DNA of 62,310 nt, counting the filler, from Stramenopiles sp. TOSAG23-3 (lineage: Eukaryota): NCBI GenBank assembly GCA_900128585.1. It is 19 parts of 19 records of this genome, joined end to end, with 100 filler letters (N's around TTAATTAATTAA, not from the genome) between each part and the next. Parts side by side here need not be neighbours in the genome. Positions count along the whole stretch, not along the records: positions 9,900 to 13,093 come from LT644366.1; positions 13,194 to 16,383 come from LT644367.1; positions 16,484 to 19,672 come from LT644368.1; positions 19,773 to 22,960 come from LT644369.1; positions 23,061 to 26,247 come from LT644370.1; 14 more parts are not named here. One strand, 5' to 3'. Under the pieces are notes generated by a model that made no database searches, was not told where the DNA came from, and worked only from the letters and a program-made list of their open reading frames with translations. The translations under genes and the position numbers were made by a program. Each line of letters opens with the position of its first letter. Within the stretch, counting starts at the first letter, position 1. Below are positions 11,421 through 23,464 of the stretch, in pieces.

Positions 11421-12758
11421 TCACAAGCAACTCTCCATTAGGCGTTTCTTTCCAGCTTTGAATTCGTCTTCTTCAAGTAGCCCTTCATTGTGCATCGTTC
11501 TTAATTTTTCCAGCTCCTGGCGAAAATGGTCTACCGCAGAAAACCTTGTTTCTGTGGTTCTACACTCTATTGTGCCAGTTGCAGAATATGAAGTGCCGCC
11601 TAATCCTGCGCTTTGAACCCCGCCTGATCCTGCGCTTTGAACCGGATTTCCAGCGGTCTCCTGAGGGACCTTCTTTTTGTCTATAAGTTGTTTGAACAAT
11701 TGCTTCACCGATGGACTTTTTTCTGCTTCCCTTTTTCGTTTGTTTGACGATTTTACGGATGGTGGAAACAAGGCTTTTGGGTTGAGAGGCGGATGAGACC
11801 CTCGTTCAACATGGAGATCTGCGTTCATCAAAAATGCGTCGTCTGGAACATATTCATTGTCTTGTAAAACATTCAATCGACCATTTAGTTGTTTCAAAGA
11901 TTCAATATCCAATTTCAATATATACAAGTTCAAAAATTCTGCGGTGAAGCCATGAAACAATGCACTGTCTGGGTCGCTGTATTTTTTCAACAATAGATCC
12001 TTTATTTGACGTTTTACTGATATCTTTTCGTTTATACCTTTGACTTCTTTAGCTTCCTTCGTTGCCGGACTCTGCAGGCCGTCCCCGTTCTTTTCAAAAT
12101 CCTTTTTTGGTGCACCAAAGGCTACAAGATGAACACCACTTTTCAGACTGTGCAATTGTGTAACATGCGATACAACTTTCCAATGATTGTTTGACACGAA
12201 CATATACAAACGGCAATCAATATAAGACAGCGACTCACTGCCTTTGTGAGAATTTCGCAAAATTTTTGTCAGGTCTTCAAAAGAAACCGTGCTGTCCAAA
12301 ATAATCTCATTAGAAGCAACGGGCACCATATCGGACGAAAGAGCAAATGCACCGCTGCCCTTCTTCTTTACTCTGTGCACATCTGACACTAATAACAATT
12401 TTCGTACCAAATCCTGTATTCTTTTTTTATCAACAATGCATATAATCGGGAAAGGTGCTGTTGACGGCTTGTTGGCGAAATAATCCATAGTTAAACGGCA
12501 TTCAGTGGGATTTTTCTTCTTGCCATCCTTCTTCAAAACAAAAAGACTGTTTGCACAAAATGAGTACTTTTCTAGCTCATCTGCAGTGAAAAATTCGTGC
12601 TGTTTCCAGAGGATTTCTAGACACTGGTCTAGTTCTTCTATCGTATTGAATTTTAAATCTACTGTCTTTGCAAACACACTGTGCTTCAATTTCATCCGTG
12701 GTCCCTTTCTTGGTTGCACTGTTACCTGTACCGTGCGCACACTACGTGTAGAGGGCAT
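11421..12758 (-). CDS. Transposon-encoded orphan protein with C-terminal SHOCT-like motif
   Basis: Intact ~445-aa ORF (first ATG 12758; track start 12776 is GTG) inside the TIRs. Ends ELEKLRTMHNEGLLEEDEFKAGKKRLM. Basic NLS-like KRKRE. Confidence 0.8.
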   Translation of the reverse strand: MPSTRSVRTVQVTVQPRKGPRMKLKHSVFAKTVDLKFNTIEELDQCLEILWKQHEFFTADELEKYSFCANSLFVLKKDGKKKNPTECRLTMDYFANKPSTAPFPIICIVDKKRIQDLVRKLLLVSDVHRVKKKGSGAFALSSDMVPVASNEIILDSTVSFEDLTKILRNSHKGSESLSYIDCRLYMFVSNNHWKVVSHVTQLHSLKSGVHLVAFGAPKKDFEKNGDGLQSPATKEAKEVKGINEKISVKRQIKDLLLKKYSDPDSALFHGFTAEFLNLYILKLDIESLKQLNGRLNVLQDNEYVPDDAFLMNADLHVERGSHPPLNPKALFPPSVKSSNKRKREAEKSPSVKQLFKQLIDKKKVPQETAGNPVQSAGSGGVQSAGLGGTSYSATGTIECRTTETRFSAVDHFRQELEKLRTMHNEGLLEEDEFKAGKKRLMESCL

Positions 12759-12864
12759 CTTGTTGACTGATGTCACCTGGTTGGTTTTAGAGTTTTTTCG
12801 AAATAAGATAAGAATGTGTTGATTAAGCGTTTGTATGAAGTGTTTTTTGAAGACTCTTGTTTAC

Positions 12865-13091
12865 ACTAATTCGATTTTTAGGGTTCTGTAATTGGCTTCC
12901 ATATTGTGATCAAAATTAACTGAATTCGTTGCACTGTTCAGAAGAGTTACTGGGAGTGCAGTACAATTTGAAATTCATCATAATAATAATTTTTGAAAAA
13001 AAAAAAAAGAAGAAAAAAAAAAGAAGAAAAAAAAAGAAGAAAAAAAAGAAGAAAAAAAAGAAGAAGAAGAAGAAGAAAAAAGAAGAACGAA
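12865..13091 (-). repeat. Right terminal inverted repeat
   Basis: Reverse complement of 9902-10144, followed by TA at 13092-13093. Confidence 0.93.
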
Positions 13092-13193
13092 TANNNNNNN
13101 NNNNNNNNNNNNNNNNNNNNNNNNNNNNNNNNNNNNNTTAATTAATTAANNNNNNNNNNNNNNNNNNNNNNNNNNNNNNNNNNNNNNNNNNNN

Positions 13194-16100
13194 GGTGTAG
13201 CTTCGATTTTTGTGTAAGATGCGAAATACGGGACGACTGCTGCTTTCATTTTAGGGGTAAGCATGGGCCCTGGCCTGGTCATGGCGTAAATGCCCATGAT
13301 GGTTTGCCCCATCAGCGTTTTTCCTGTGACCGGCTCCACCTCCAGATAGCTTTGATCGGTATCCCCGGACGGAGTTACTACCTTCCCATCTTTCTTTATT
13401 TGGGCCTTCTGCACAGTACCTCCTTCCGTCAACTCGGTTGGGCAACCGTAAAAGTCCGCATGCCCGAAGTAAACATTTAGGTCCGTCTTCTTTTTCATGT
13501 TGATCATGCAGGAAGGGTTTTGCTCGGGACCTTGAAAGTTGTCCGAGCTCACAGCTTCCCGTTCGGCGTAAGTCATGTAACTCCCAGCTGCAGCAGTTTC
13601 GCTCGCGGGGAACCAAGTTTTAGTAGCCGACATTTTGTTCTGCGTAAAACGCGTCAACCTTTCAGCAGTAAAACGGCGCAAGAGCAATTTCGACTTTTCC
13701 CCCTCGACCTCTTTCAACCCGATGTACCAAAACTTTAAAGGTCGACCAAGGGCACCCGCCCACACCTTGTAGGTCTCCGGAAACAGGTCCGGGTTCTCCT
13801 TTCGTGCTTCTGTCATGTATTTTTCCATCTCGCTCTCGGTCATACTTTGCATTTCGTAATGGATTTTTTCCCCTTCTTTGTTTTGCAACATTGCGGGAAC
13901 GAATGCGGTGCCGCCGTAACCTTCGACGGCGACGTCTTCCCCCCAAAGGCTAGCGTCTGTCTCCATCCAAGTCGCGAACGGGTCTTCTCTGTTTCTCTTT
14001 CCGACAACTTTCGTCTTACCCTGGTACGCGGCTACTTGAAACATCTTGTCTCCTGATTTGCCCGTGTAAACGTCCGTTTGGTAGAAGGTCTTTTTCCAAT
14101 GGCAGGGTTTTTTTGCCTTGTTTGAACGGGCAGGATCATCCTGGACGAAATTTAGGCCTCTTTGAATGTCATCAGGATCTCCACAGGTGTGATACTTGCC
14201 GTCCGCTCGCGTTGCTTGCTCCAACTTTGTGTCGACAAAAATGTCTTGTTCAAAGCAGCTGTCACGATGCGGCACGCCTGCCTTCTGGTAAGGGGTATTG
14301 CTGTCCCAAATGATACCGCCGACTCGTGACGATGGCACACTATACCCCGCGCCCTCAAGGTAGCCTAGTAAAGGGTCGCTGTACCCGCTGAATATCGATT
14401 GCGCTTCCAGAGTCAGCCAAACCCCCCCCCTCGCCTTGTAGTAGCTGGCTGATGAATCGCTTCGGTCCGCCAATGGGTTTGTCTTCGAACTTCCATCTTT
14501 TGGTGGAAAAAAACAAGTTTTGTACGCTTCGCACGTTTTCCCAAGCGTTTCACTACAGTTCAATACATTCAAGGCTTTCGTACCAGGAGAAGTCACGTCA
14601 GTAGTCGGTGTGGGCTCACAGCCGTTGTAAGTTTTGCAGCCAGCTTCACACGCATCATTTTGCTTCAGTTGGTCGTCTGAGCAGCGGGCATCCAGGATAC
14701 GTGGCTGCCAGAACATTTTTTCTGTTATGTAATAGGTGTAAGCGTTGAGGGTTTGCAGCTCCTTGCACGTGATGGGGTTGGCAGTAAACACGGCTGCAGA
14801 CTTTGTCTGGTTGAGCCCCGCAAGGTACAACACAAAGGCATGGTTGCACATGAAATCTATGGTTTTGTTCTCATACTTTGACACGTNNNNNNNNNNNNNN
14901 NNNNNNNNNNNNNNNNNNNNNNNNNNNNNNNNNNACAACTTATCGTACGCTTTGCTAAGCGCAGTCCACGAGTTAGCTATCGTGACATAATTGTCCGACT
15001 CAGGGCCCGCGGTCGGATCCGGTTTTGCCCCATCCGTATACCTTGCCCCTGTTATGAATCGAAACAATCGCATAGTTTTCGTTTGGTCCCATGATCGAAT
15101 GTCGTTAGCGGTCAATGATATTCCAACATTTTTCGCGGACCTGCCCATTGCTGCCTCCGTGTTGGCAAGTCCCACAAAGCAGGAGAACTCGGGCGCCACG
15201 ACAATCCCCAAGTCCCTCAATGCTTCTTCGCCACTAAAGCTGGAGCCCCCCGCTGCGTATGTCCCAGTTGGGCACGTTGCATTCGACAAATAATCGTTTC
15301 TGAAGGAGCTCCCAAAAAGCGAGTTCCTAGCCCATTGGTTGGCAATAACATTTCCAGCGGAAGCGCTCAATCCCATATTTGCCTTGGTCAGTACAGTAGT
15401 ATAATAGTCATATACCATTTTTGCCACTGAGCAACGTTCCGTTCTTCCGAATGTCATAGCACCGAATAAGTTTTTTGAATTGGAAGTGTCAGCGCTGCCT
15501 GAACAGAGGATACCAGCACCCATTTCAGATATCCAAAAGCCAAACCCTACGCTTGATGTTAATGACACGTCTGTCCCATAGATTTTACCGTCTTCACCAG
15601 CATACGGGTTGGGGAACAACTTTTTAAACGCATTGGCTCCGATTCCACTGGGGGTTCCATCTGGAACCCCAATAACAGTTTTCATCTGGAAGAACAATGC
15701 CGCTGCATCTTTCGCTCTAAATTTTGTTTCAAAGTTGCTAAGCCCATTTGTCGCAGAGGTGGCAAATTTGCGGAATGCAAGAGTCCCCGCCCCAAATTGC
15801 ATCTCTGTCAAAGCTGCGTTTGAAAGCGTGGAAGTCAGACTTGCCAAACTGCTCTTGGGTCCCATGAGGGCACCCATCGCGGCTGAGCCGAGCTCGTGTT
15901 GTATGAACTTTTCGTCGACCCCACCGACGGGCTTGTAAACATCGAGGGCATTCATCAAACCAACGTAGCCCTGGTTAGCGTGTGTGATTGTGTTGTACTC
16001 GGCGTTTGTCGCCGTGTGGTTGACGGTTCCTTTGGTACACTCCGTGGGCGTTTCATCTTTCGTCGCAGTGTTGGGCCAGGATGCGCAAAGTTTATCAGTT

Positions 16101-16383
16101 GCACACTTCGGGCAAAGTCTTTTTGTTTCCTCATCGTCAATCAACCGCCACGAGTTGCCAATGGACGACACACTATTGTCCATTTTGTTGTGAGACATTT
16201 CATAGTTTCTGAATTCCGTTTTGAACACCCAAGGTCCCCTTTTCTCGACAATTGGGGCAGTTCCGGTTTCAACATCATCTGGGTTAGTCACGTGGTACAC
16301 ATAGTAGTGCGTCCTCGACGCGCTGACGCATTCCTTAAAGTCTTTCTGGTCAAACCTTCGTATTCCGTTTTTTTCTTTAAATT
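13194..16383 (-). CDS. CD36/LIMP-2 (scavenger receptor class B) family protein, unusually long, partial at both ends
   Basis: YHVTNPDDV..PIVEKRGPWVF near the N-terminus, IFSGYSDPLL centrally, and YFGHADFY and LEVEPVTGKTL near the C-terminus. Internal N gap at ~14887-14934. Confidence 0.75.
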
Positions 16384-16707
16384 NNNNNNNNNNNNNNNNN
16401 NNNNNNNNNNNNNNNNNNNNNNNNNNNTTAATTAATTAANNNNNNNNNNNNNNNNNNNNNNNNNNNNNNNNNNNNNNNNNNNNTTTATTTTCATCTCATC
16501 AATAATAATCATACTACTACTACTACACTTCTACTTCAACGTTTTTTTCGATCGTTCGTCGAGAAGAACGAGAGAGTTAGTAGTTAGTTGGACCAAGAAG
16601 TAATTTTAACAGGTTCACAAACGTTCAGTAATTTAACAGGTTCACAAACGTTCATTCCATTTCACACTTCACACTTTCCGTATTTGGTATTCCGTTTGAA
16701 TCGAACC

Positions 16708-16962
16708 ATGGCAAACACTTTGAAAGTAATCTACTGTGGAGGATGAGGTTATCTCCCCAAAGCGGAAAGGTTCGCCACTGCTCTTATTAAGCTGGTGGGG
16801 GAATCTTGTTTTGGGGAAAACGTGTTATTGGAGCCGACGCCGACGACAAGCGGCGCGTTTGAAGTTATTGTCAATGGGAAGACATTGCACAGCAAGCTGA
16901 ACGGCGAGGGTTATGTAAATGAGGAAAAGTTGATAAATATTGCAGACTTTCTCAAGAATTAA
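16708..16962 (+). CDS. SELENOW: Selenoprotein W-like (Rdx family), Sec encoded by TGA at 16744-16746
   Basis: Reads MANTLKVIYCGG[U]GYLPKAERF..TSGAFEVIVNGKTLHSKLNGEGYV..FLKN* (84 aa). CxxU at positions 10-13 plus the G-x-FEV..HSK motif. Confidence 0.95.
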
Positions 16963-16996
16963 AAGAGGCGTCCGTGTCGACCACCGCTGAACACTA

Positions 16997-17083
16997 TGGC
17001 AGTGGGCGTTTAATGATGTACATGCTAAAAACCTCGTGGATTGAGCACAGCATGGACTGAAATCAGAAATTTTCTGATTGCCA
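16997..17083 (+). promoter_or_regulatory. SECIS element for the SelW-like gene
   Basis: ATGA (17013-16), helix II TGTACATGCT/AGCATGGAC, apical AAAA, CTC/GAG minihelix, 3' TGA (17058-60). Helix I TGGCAGT/ATTGCCA. Confidence 0.85.
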
Positions 17084-17664
17084 CACCGTCATAGTTAAAG
17101 CAGGGTTCACTTTTTTTTGCTGTAGTAAGAGTTAAAAGTGTAGACGCAACAAACATAACTTAATGGAATATGCAGAACGTAATATATTGTTTCGTTTTAA
17201 CTTCAGTTTTAAAAAAACCTCTATCAGAATAAAATCATAACATTTTTACTAATATCAAATGTGATGACATGGCATCATACGCCACTGTACAAAAGGCCCA
17301 CCGCCGCCCTGCTATGATACAAACTATACTCTTGAAATCTGGACAAAACTGTTGTTAGAGGGCCTTGTTGTCGGTTGCGTCGGAAGCTACTAGGAGAATA
17401 AAGTGTGCGAACAGAATTAGGCAAATACGAAATGTGCGCGTGGACAATAAAAGCAGCCATAGGCAATCATGGGAAGTTTGCCAAGGAACAAGATTGACGC
17501 ACCCTTATCGTAAAATAAGGGTTGCTTTAGCACAAAAAAATTCCAAAGATCGCATTGTACGTCTCCGGACTCAACATGTGCAAGGGGCGGTGGTGGGAGG
17601 AGAAAGGGGCATTATAAGGCATGGGGGGAAGGGTTGGGTCGGATGCACTTACGATTTTCACGTT

Positions 17665-19672
17665 TCATCCTGGTCCAGCCTCTATGAACTTTAGGGCGTA
17701 CATTTTGGTCACGGCATCGATGGTCGCCAGGAGTTTTTCGTTGTCTACTGCCGCTGCCCCCCCGTCCTTCAAGGCTTGGGTACTGTAGTGCGCGATGGCA
17801 TCTTTGTTCTGCAACAGGTACTCTTCCATGCCGCCGGCAAGGGACTTTGACGGCATGGGGCACGGGTGAGAGCTTAGAACGGGGCAGTAACGGAGCCAGA
17901 ACGATTTCCAGAGCGTCACCTGGCGGGCAACTGCCGAGAACCGAGGTTTCAGCGCGTCCGGGTAAGACCGGTCGAAGTGTGGGTTGACGTACCGCGCGCG
18001 CTCGTGGTCGACAAAACTCCACAACGACGTGGTCTTTTTGGACAGGTTCATATCATCTCGCTCTCGGTCGCAGTTCAACAAGAACGTTCCAAACCGGCAC
18101 GACCAGAGGTTGTCCGCAACGTCCAGCAGCATGGCGTCGTTGTACTCGAACGCGGTGGGGAACTGGTTCGTTAACTGCCAGACGCAGTCGAGGAACTGGA
18201 AAAATATGGGCGAGTTGTCATCGGTCGGCTTTTCTCCATGGCCCGTCCGGTAGTGTACCCGGTGGCCAAAGCTCAGCCAGCTCTTCTGCACCAGCACCTG
18301 GAACCCTTCGATCGTTCTAAAGTACGGGTCCAGCATGATCTGGGCCAACGAGCAGAGCTGAGGAGTCCGATCCCAGCCGTCGCTGCAATGGATCAGGACG
18401 GCCCGTTGCTGGACCCTTACCTGGTCGGCGGAGTATATTGCGGCCCGCAAGCAGCATCGAATGTGCTGCAGCCAGCCGGAGTCCTCCACGGCCCCGCCAA
18501 AGTTCAGGTCGTTCCCATCGTTCATCGTGATGTTTGCCAGCTTCTCGTAGCTTCCCCGCATCGCGTGGATGTTTTGAATGTCCCAAAACTTTAGCCGCGC
18601 GCTGCGGTAGCTGTTTCCCTCGAACCCACCCCCATTCCCGCGGTTCGCGTACGCGTTCACTTTTGGGCGGCAGTCCGTTATGATGAGGATCTTGGGCCCC
18701 GCCCGGGGTGATGTGGCAGCCATCGCGTACAGGTACGCCTCGTCCGACCGGTTCGTTGCCCCCCCGAGCCCGATGCGCGGCTGACTGCCCCGCCATATCG
18801 ACCCGCCCTTTGGGTGCGCAAAGGTCATCGTCGGCAACCGTCCCTTCGTGCGAAAGCCGGCGCATTCGCGCACGAGTCGGTCCTCTGCGCTGCTGGGAAC
18901 GAGCAGGAGCTTCGGGTACGTCTGGCAAAGGCCGTAGGTTTGGTTCAGTTTCGTCATGCGCACCGACTTGGCCAGCTGCGCGCTTCCATGGGGGGAGTCG
19001 AAGGCCTCCGTCGCCCGAAGCCCCATGCGGACCATCTCCTTCTGAAGGGAGTACACGTCCCACCCCTTCCCGGGGGCCGTGGAGACGTGGGGGTACTTGT
19101 GGTCGAACGCGAACAAATACTTGGGGTTTCCAGGGTACAAAAAGGCATCAAACATAAGCTGCAGCTTGTCAATGGTGAGGATTTCGTCCCTCACTTCGAA
19201 CCGCAAATGCCTGGCGTCCTTGCAGCGGACGTAGATCTCCGTCCGCCCGTCGCGCCGGCTCTGGTCTGGGTCTACCCGCTTCAAGTTCATCTTCCACACC
19301 GTGGTGAGGGGGATGCAGAACAGACCGTCCGGGATTAAATCTAAGTTGGAGTCCGTTGTAGGCGTAAACTTGAGCTTGAAGTTAGTCACGTCCAGCGTCC
19401 CTTTGATGGACACCCCCTTGTTGACCGGGGGGAAATACCGCACGTTCTTCGAAGTCATCACGATCCTCTCATCTGCCAAGTCCGTCTGCTGGACCCACGC
19501 AGTCGACGAACGCTTTGGTGTATGTACAATCTTTTTCGTTTCCCCTGCCGGCAACTTTCCAGCCTCCTCGTCCTCAGGGTTGTTCACGGAGGCGCTCGGC
19601 ATCGTCCGGCTCCCCGACGGCGCCGTCGACCCCTGGCTCAACGAGCTCCCCGCGGGCGCGGCGGGGGGCTGC
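17665..19672 (-). CDS. Myotubularin-related phosphoinositide 3-phosphatase, 5' partial
   Basis: Catalytic VLIHCSDGWDRT, PH-GRAM-like N-region, LCQTYP, SPIFFQFLDCVWQL. Confidence 0.93.
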
Positions 19673-20301
19673 NNNNNNNNNNNNNNNNNNNNNNNNNNNN
19701 NNNNNNNNNNNNNNNNTTAATTAATTAANNNNNNNNNNNNNNNNNNNNNNNNNNNNNNNNNNNNNNNNNNNNTCTATTCTATATTCTCTACGTATTCTAT
19801 AGGGTGACAATGCCCTATCTAATATGTCTGTTTCAAGTATATTAATTCTATCTTCTATCTTCTATTTCTATTCTATTCCTATTCTATTCTATTGTTGTAC
19901 TTGTATTATAAATGTACACTACTGCACTACTTGTACTATTTAGAAAACAAAACCAATTTTATATTATAAATAGTATACCCTATTTAAATATAATAATACA
20001 TTGTTTAACATAATAAATAATAAAACAATATAACCTATTATAATATTATATTCTAATTATAATATTAATTACAAAACATCACCCTACCCATGGAAGGAAG
20101 GGGGTTAATAACCCTATTTATAACATTAAACAAATGGTATGGAATGGTAGAATAACCTATAGAATAACCTATAGAATAGTATTAGTATACAATTATAATG
20201 TATACAATATAATACTATATATAAATAATACAAGTATATAAAATGAATTTATTCTTTCATTCTTTCATTGATCGTACCCCCCCCTTTTTTTAAATTATGA
20301 A

Positions 20302-20517
20302 AGAATACGATCATTCAACAGACTCCTTCTTCTTTTTTAAAACCCTTATCTTAACTCTAATATAAATGTACTCTCTCTCTCTCTCTCTTTCCATTCATTC
20401 ATTCATTCAATCAACAGACCAGACCGACTCCTTCTTCTTTTTAAGAATACGATCATTCAACAGACAACAGACTCCTTCTTCTATTTTTAAACCCTGATCT
20501 TAACTCTAACGTATGTA

Positions 20518-20520
<3 letters not shown>
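20302..20520 (+). repeat. Imperfect local duplication (~70 bp) followed by (CT)n microsatellite
   Basis: AGAATACGATCATTCAACAGAC..TCCTTCTTCT..AAACCCT..ATCTTAACTCTAA..TGTACTCTCTC occurs at ~20302 and ~20444. Confidence 0.7.
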
Positions 20521-20570
<50 letters not shown>

Positions 20571-22624
20571 CTCTCTTCTCTTTTCTCTCTTCTCTTCTCT
20601 CTTCTCTCTTTTCTCTTCTCTCTTCTCTCTCTCTCTTCTCTTCTCTCTCTCTCTTCTCTCTCTCTCTTCTCTCTCTCTCTCTTCCCAACCATCAGTTCGG
20701 ATGAAGAATGTACATACTATACAGTTATCGAATAGATTAAATCAAACTGTGTACTATAGATATAGATTGAAATAATACTAAAAGAAAAAGGAAAAGTTTA
20801 CTTTTATATTATATTACTATATAAATATTACCTATTTAATTATTCTTATTAATCTTACAGTTTAATTTTTTTCCTTTTTTTTTAATTTTTTTAATTTTTT
20901 TCTTTCTTTTTTTTCTTTTCTTTTTTTTAAACAAAACAAAAGAAAAACGATGGTCATTTTACCAAAATAGAACTACAGAGCAGGGACAACCGAGATTCGA
21001 CCCGATGGTGGTTTAAATGATTAACATACAAATACCATAGAAGACACAAAAATAACTATATTTCGAGGAAAATAAAAAAGTCAACTTGAAGCGACAACAA
21101 CAAACATTTAATATATACATAGCACTTAACGAAAACCATACCGTCAACAACAAGAGACTGACAAACTATTGTTGATCCGTACCAAAGCCAAACTGGTCAA
21201 TGCTATGGACCTGTCCATCGGGTTGTTGTTTCCTTATTTTGCTAAACGAAACAAAATATTGTAATGTACACAAAGGAAGAGAGTGTACTTGTATTTATGA
21301 AGATTCGATTTTGGTAGGGAAGGAACAATCAAGAGGATTGATTGAGTTAGGGAAAAGGGTTTTGTAAATAAATAAATAAATAAATAAATAATTGAAATAT
21401 TTTTAAAAATATCAAGGATTGGGTTGTATGCTATGTAATGTTATATTTTAAAATATTTCAATCAAATGATTTATTTTTTGTTTTTCTAAAAACTCAATTT
21501 GTATTTTACAATTATTATTACAATAGAAATAGTATAGAAAAAAAAGACAAAAGCGATGAAATTCACATGACACAACAGGGAAAATAAATAAATAAATAGA
21601 ACCAATTTTAATTAACAGGTAAATAATAGGTAATATTTTATTTATTTTGTTTTTTATAACGACGGATGGATGATTATAATGGTCTTTAGTATTAATTAAT
21701 ATCGATATACCAACGAGAAGAAGAAGAAGAAGAAGAAGAAGAAGAAAAAGAAAAGTTAAAAATAAGTTATTATGAAATTAAATAGTTTGTAGTATTTAGT
21801 ATTTTTGATAGGTAGAATTAGTAGTATAAAATAATAATAAAATTGAAATATTTATTTATTTTTTTTAATTATTTTTTATTTTTTTACAAAAACAAGAAGA
21901 ATTAAAAAAATAATTTAGACGTAACAACTAATTATTAACATAGACATAGTATAGAAGTATAATACTTTAGAACCCATCATTTTTAATTAAAAAAAAAACG
22001 ATATCTCGGAACGAAGAAGAAGAAAAAAGAAAAAAGAAGAATGATCTCTACTACTACTACTACTATAATACTACTACTATTCCGGACTATCATCGATCTT
22101 CTCCTTCCTCACAAAAGTTCGACTTTCTATTCAACCTACTTCTGAATCACTGTGTACATACGTATACAGAATTAAACAAAAGAAAGACGGAAACGGATTG
22201 CATGGGTTTGAAAGGTAGTATACAATTTCAGTGAGTTTATTCGTTTTTTATTGGTTTTCATAGTTTGTTTGTTCGTTCGTTCGTTCTATCTTTTCCCTTC
22301 CCAACCGACCGACGTTCGCATTGACCGACCAGAAGTCGTCGTTACCTTCGCATCGTCGCCGCCGCCGCCCGCCTACACCCTGCCTTCGTGACTTTTATAC
22401 AGCAACAGCGCCCACGATAGCAGCCCTTTTGAAGCAAAACACCAGCACGTTCTTGTTTCTAGATTTTTGATTCCGCCGTCCGTCCGGTAGTTTGAACGCT
22501 TGAACCCCGCACGCACGCCGTATACATACAATACAAGAACAGCTCAGAAGGAGGGAGGGGCTGCACATAGTAAAAAGTTAAGTTTGCGTTTCCAAGAGAG
22601 AGTGCGAAGAGCAACGAGAGAAAC

Positions 22625-22960
22625 ATGTCAAACGCCCGAATCACACGTTCAAGGGCGTCCGCTAGCAACGCATCATCGTCCGCGATGCAACCTATTGCCA
22701 ACGCCCAGCGAGGCAGTAGCCGACAAAAGAGCAAGAAGAAGGCCCGGAAGGGGTCGGCCAAGCGTGCCGCCGTCGCCGACGCCCCAATTAGTCAAACCAT
22801 GGACCGCAACGGTAGTAGCGGCACCGGGCATATTAGTAGAGGGAATGGCGTGGAGAATGAAAACGGAAAGAAAAAGAAGAAAGGGACCAAGCGCGCGGCC
22901 CTGAACGACCTGTCCAACCAGAACGGTCGCTCCAGGCAGAGGATTGATAAGAACGGCGCG
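22625..22960 (+). CDS. N-terminal fragment of a D-box protein, possibly an A/B-type cyclin
   Basis: Basic disordered N-terminus with RAALNDLSN, matching the RxxLxxxxN destruction box. Truncated by the linker before any cyclin box. Confidence 0.55.
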
Positions 22961-23464
22961 NNNNNNNNNNNNNNNNNNNNNNNNNNNNNNNNNNNNNNNN
23001 NNNNTTAATTAATTAANNNNNNNNNNNNNNNNNNNNNNNNNNNNNNNNNNNNNNNNNNNNAAAAGAAAAGAAAAGAAAAGAAAAGAAAAGAAAAGAAGAA
23101 AAGAAGAAAAGAAGAAGAAAAGAAAGAGAAATGAATAATTCCAATAATAAAGTAATAAAAAATATTAATAATATAATAAATACACAATATAATAACAGCA
23201 GGGAAGGAGGATGGATTATTACAACCAGAGGTATAATTTACTACTACCTCCTCCTATACCAATATATACCGTAATATTTTATTAGTATGAATTCACTTTT
23301 TTTAAACAAAAACAAAAATTTCAAAATACAAGATTTTTATGTGCGAATTCGCTTGATTACGCACGACTTGTGGCCTTTCTTCCTTCCCGCGCTGACCCTT
23401 GTGTCTTCTCACCCCCCCCCACACACACAAACACAGACCAAAAAGTATTCTTAAAACAAAAACC

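Larger units (their letters stand above)
9900..13093. mobile_element. Two-gene IS630/Tc1/mariner-superfamily DNA transposon with long TIRs and terminal TA
   Basis: Contig starts and ends with TA. 9902-10144 is a near-perfect inverted repeat of 12865-13091. Encloses a DD34E transposase and a convergent second ORF. Confidence 0.88.

Noticed and set aside
11421-12776. ORF2 as Fanzor/TnpB RNA-guided nuclease
   Set aside because: No recognisable RuvC D-E-D motifs or CxxC zinc finger. The 160-bp gap between the ORFs shows only small hairpins.
16599-16655. Tandem ~27-bp duplication upstream of SelW (similar ~60-bp duplication at ~33087-33200)
   Set aside because: Two-copy local slippage; no evidence of function.
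19772-22300. Genes in the long AT-rich region, and poly-F/S/K/R ORFs here and at 6012, 25598, 35921, 36568
   Set aside because: Translations of (TTC)n, (CT)n and (GAA)n microsatellites.
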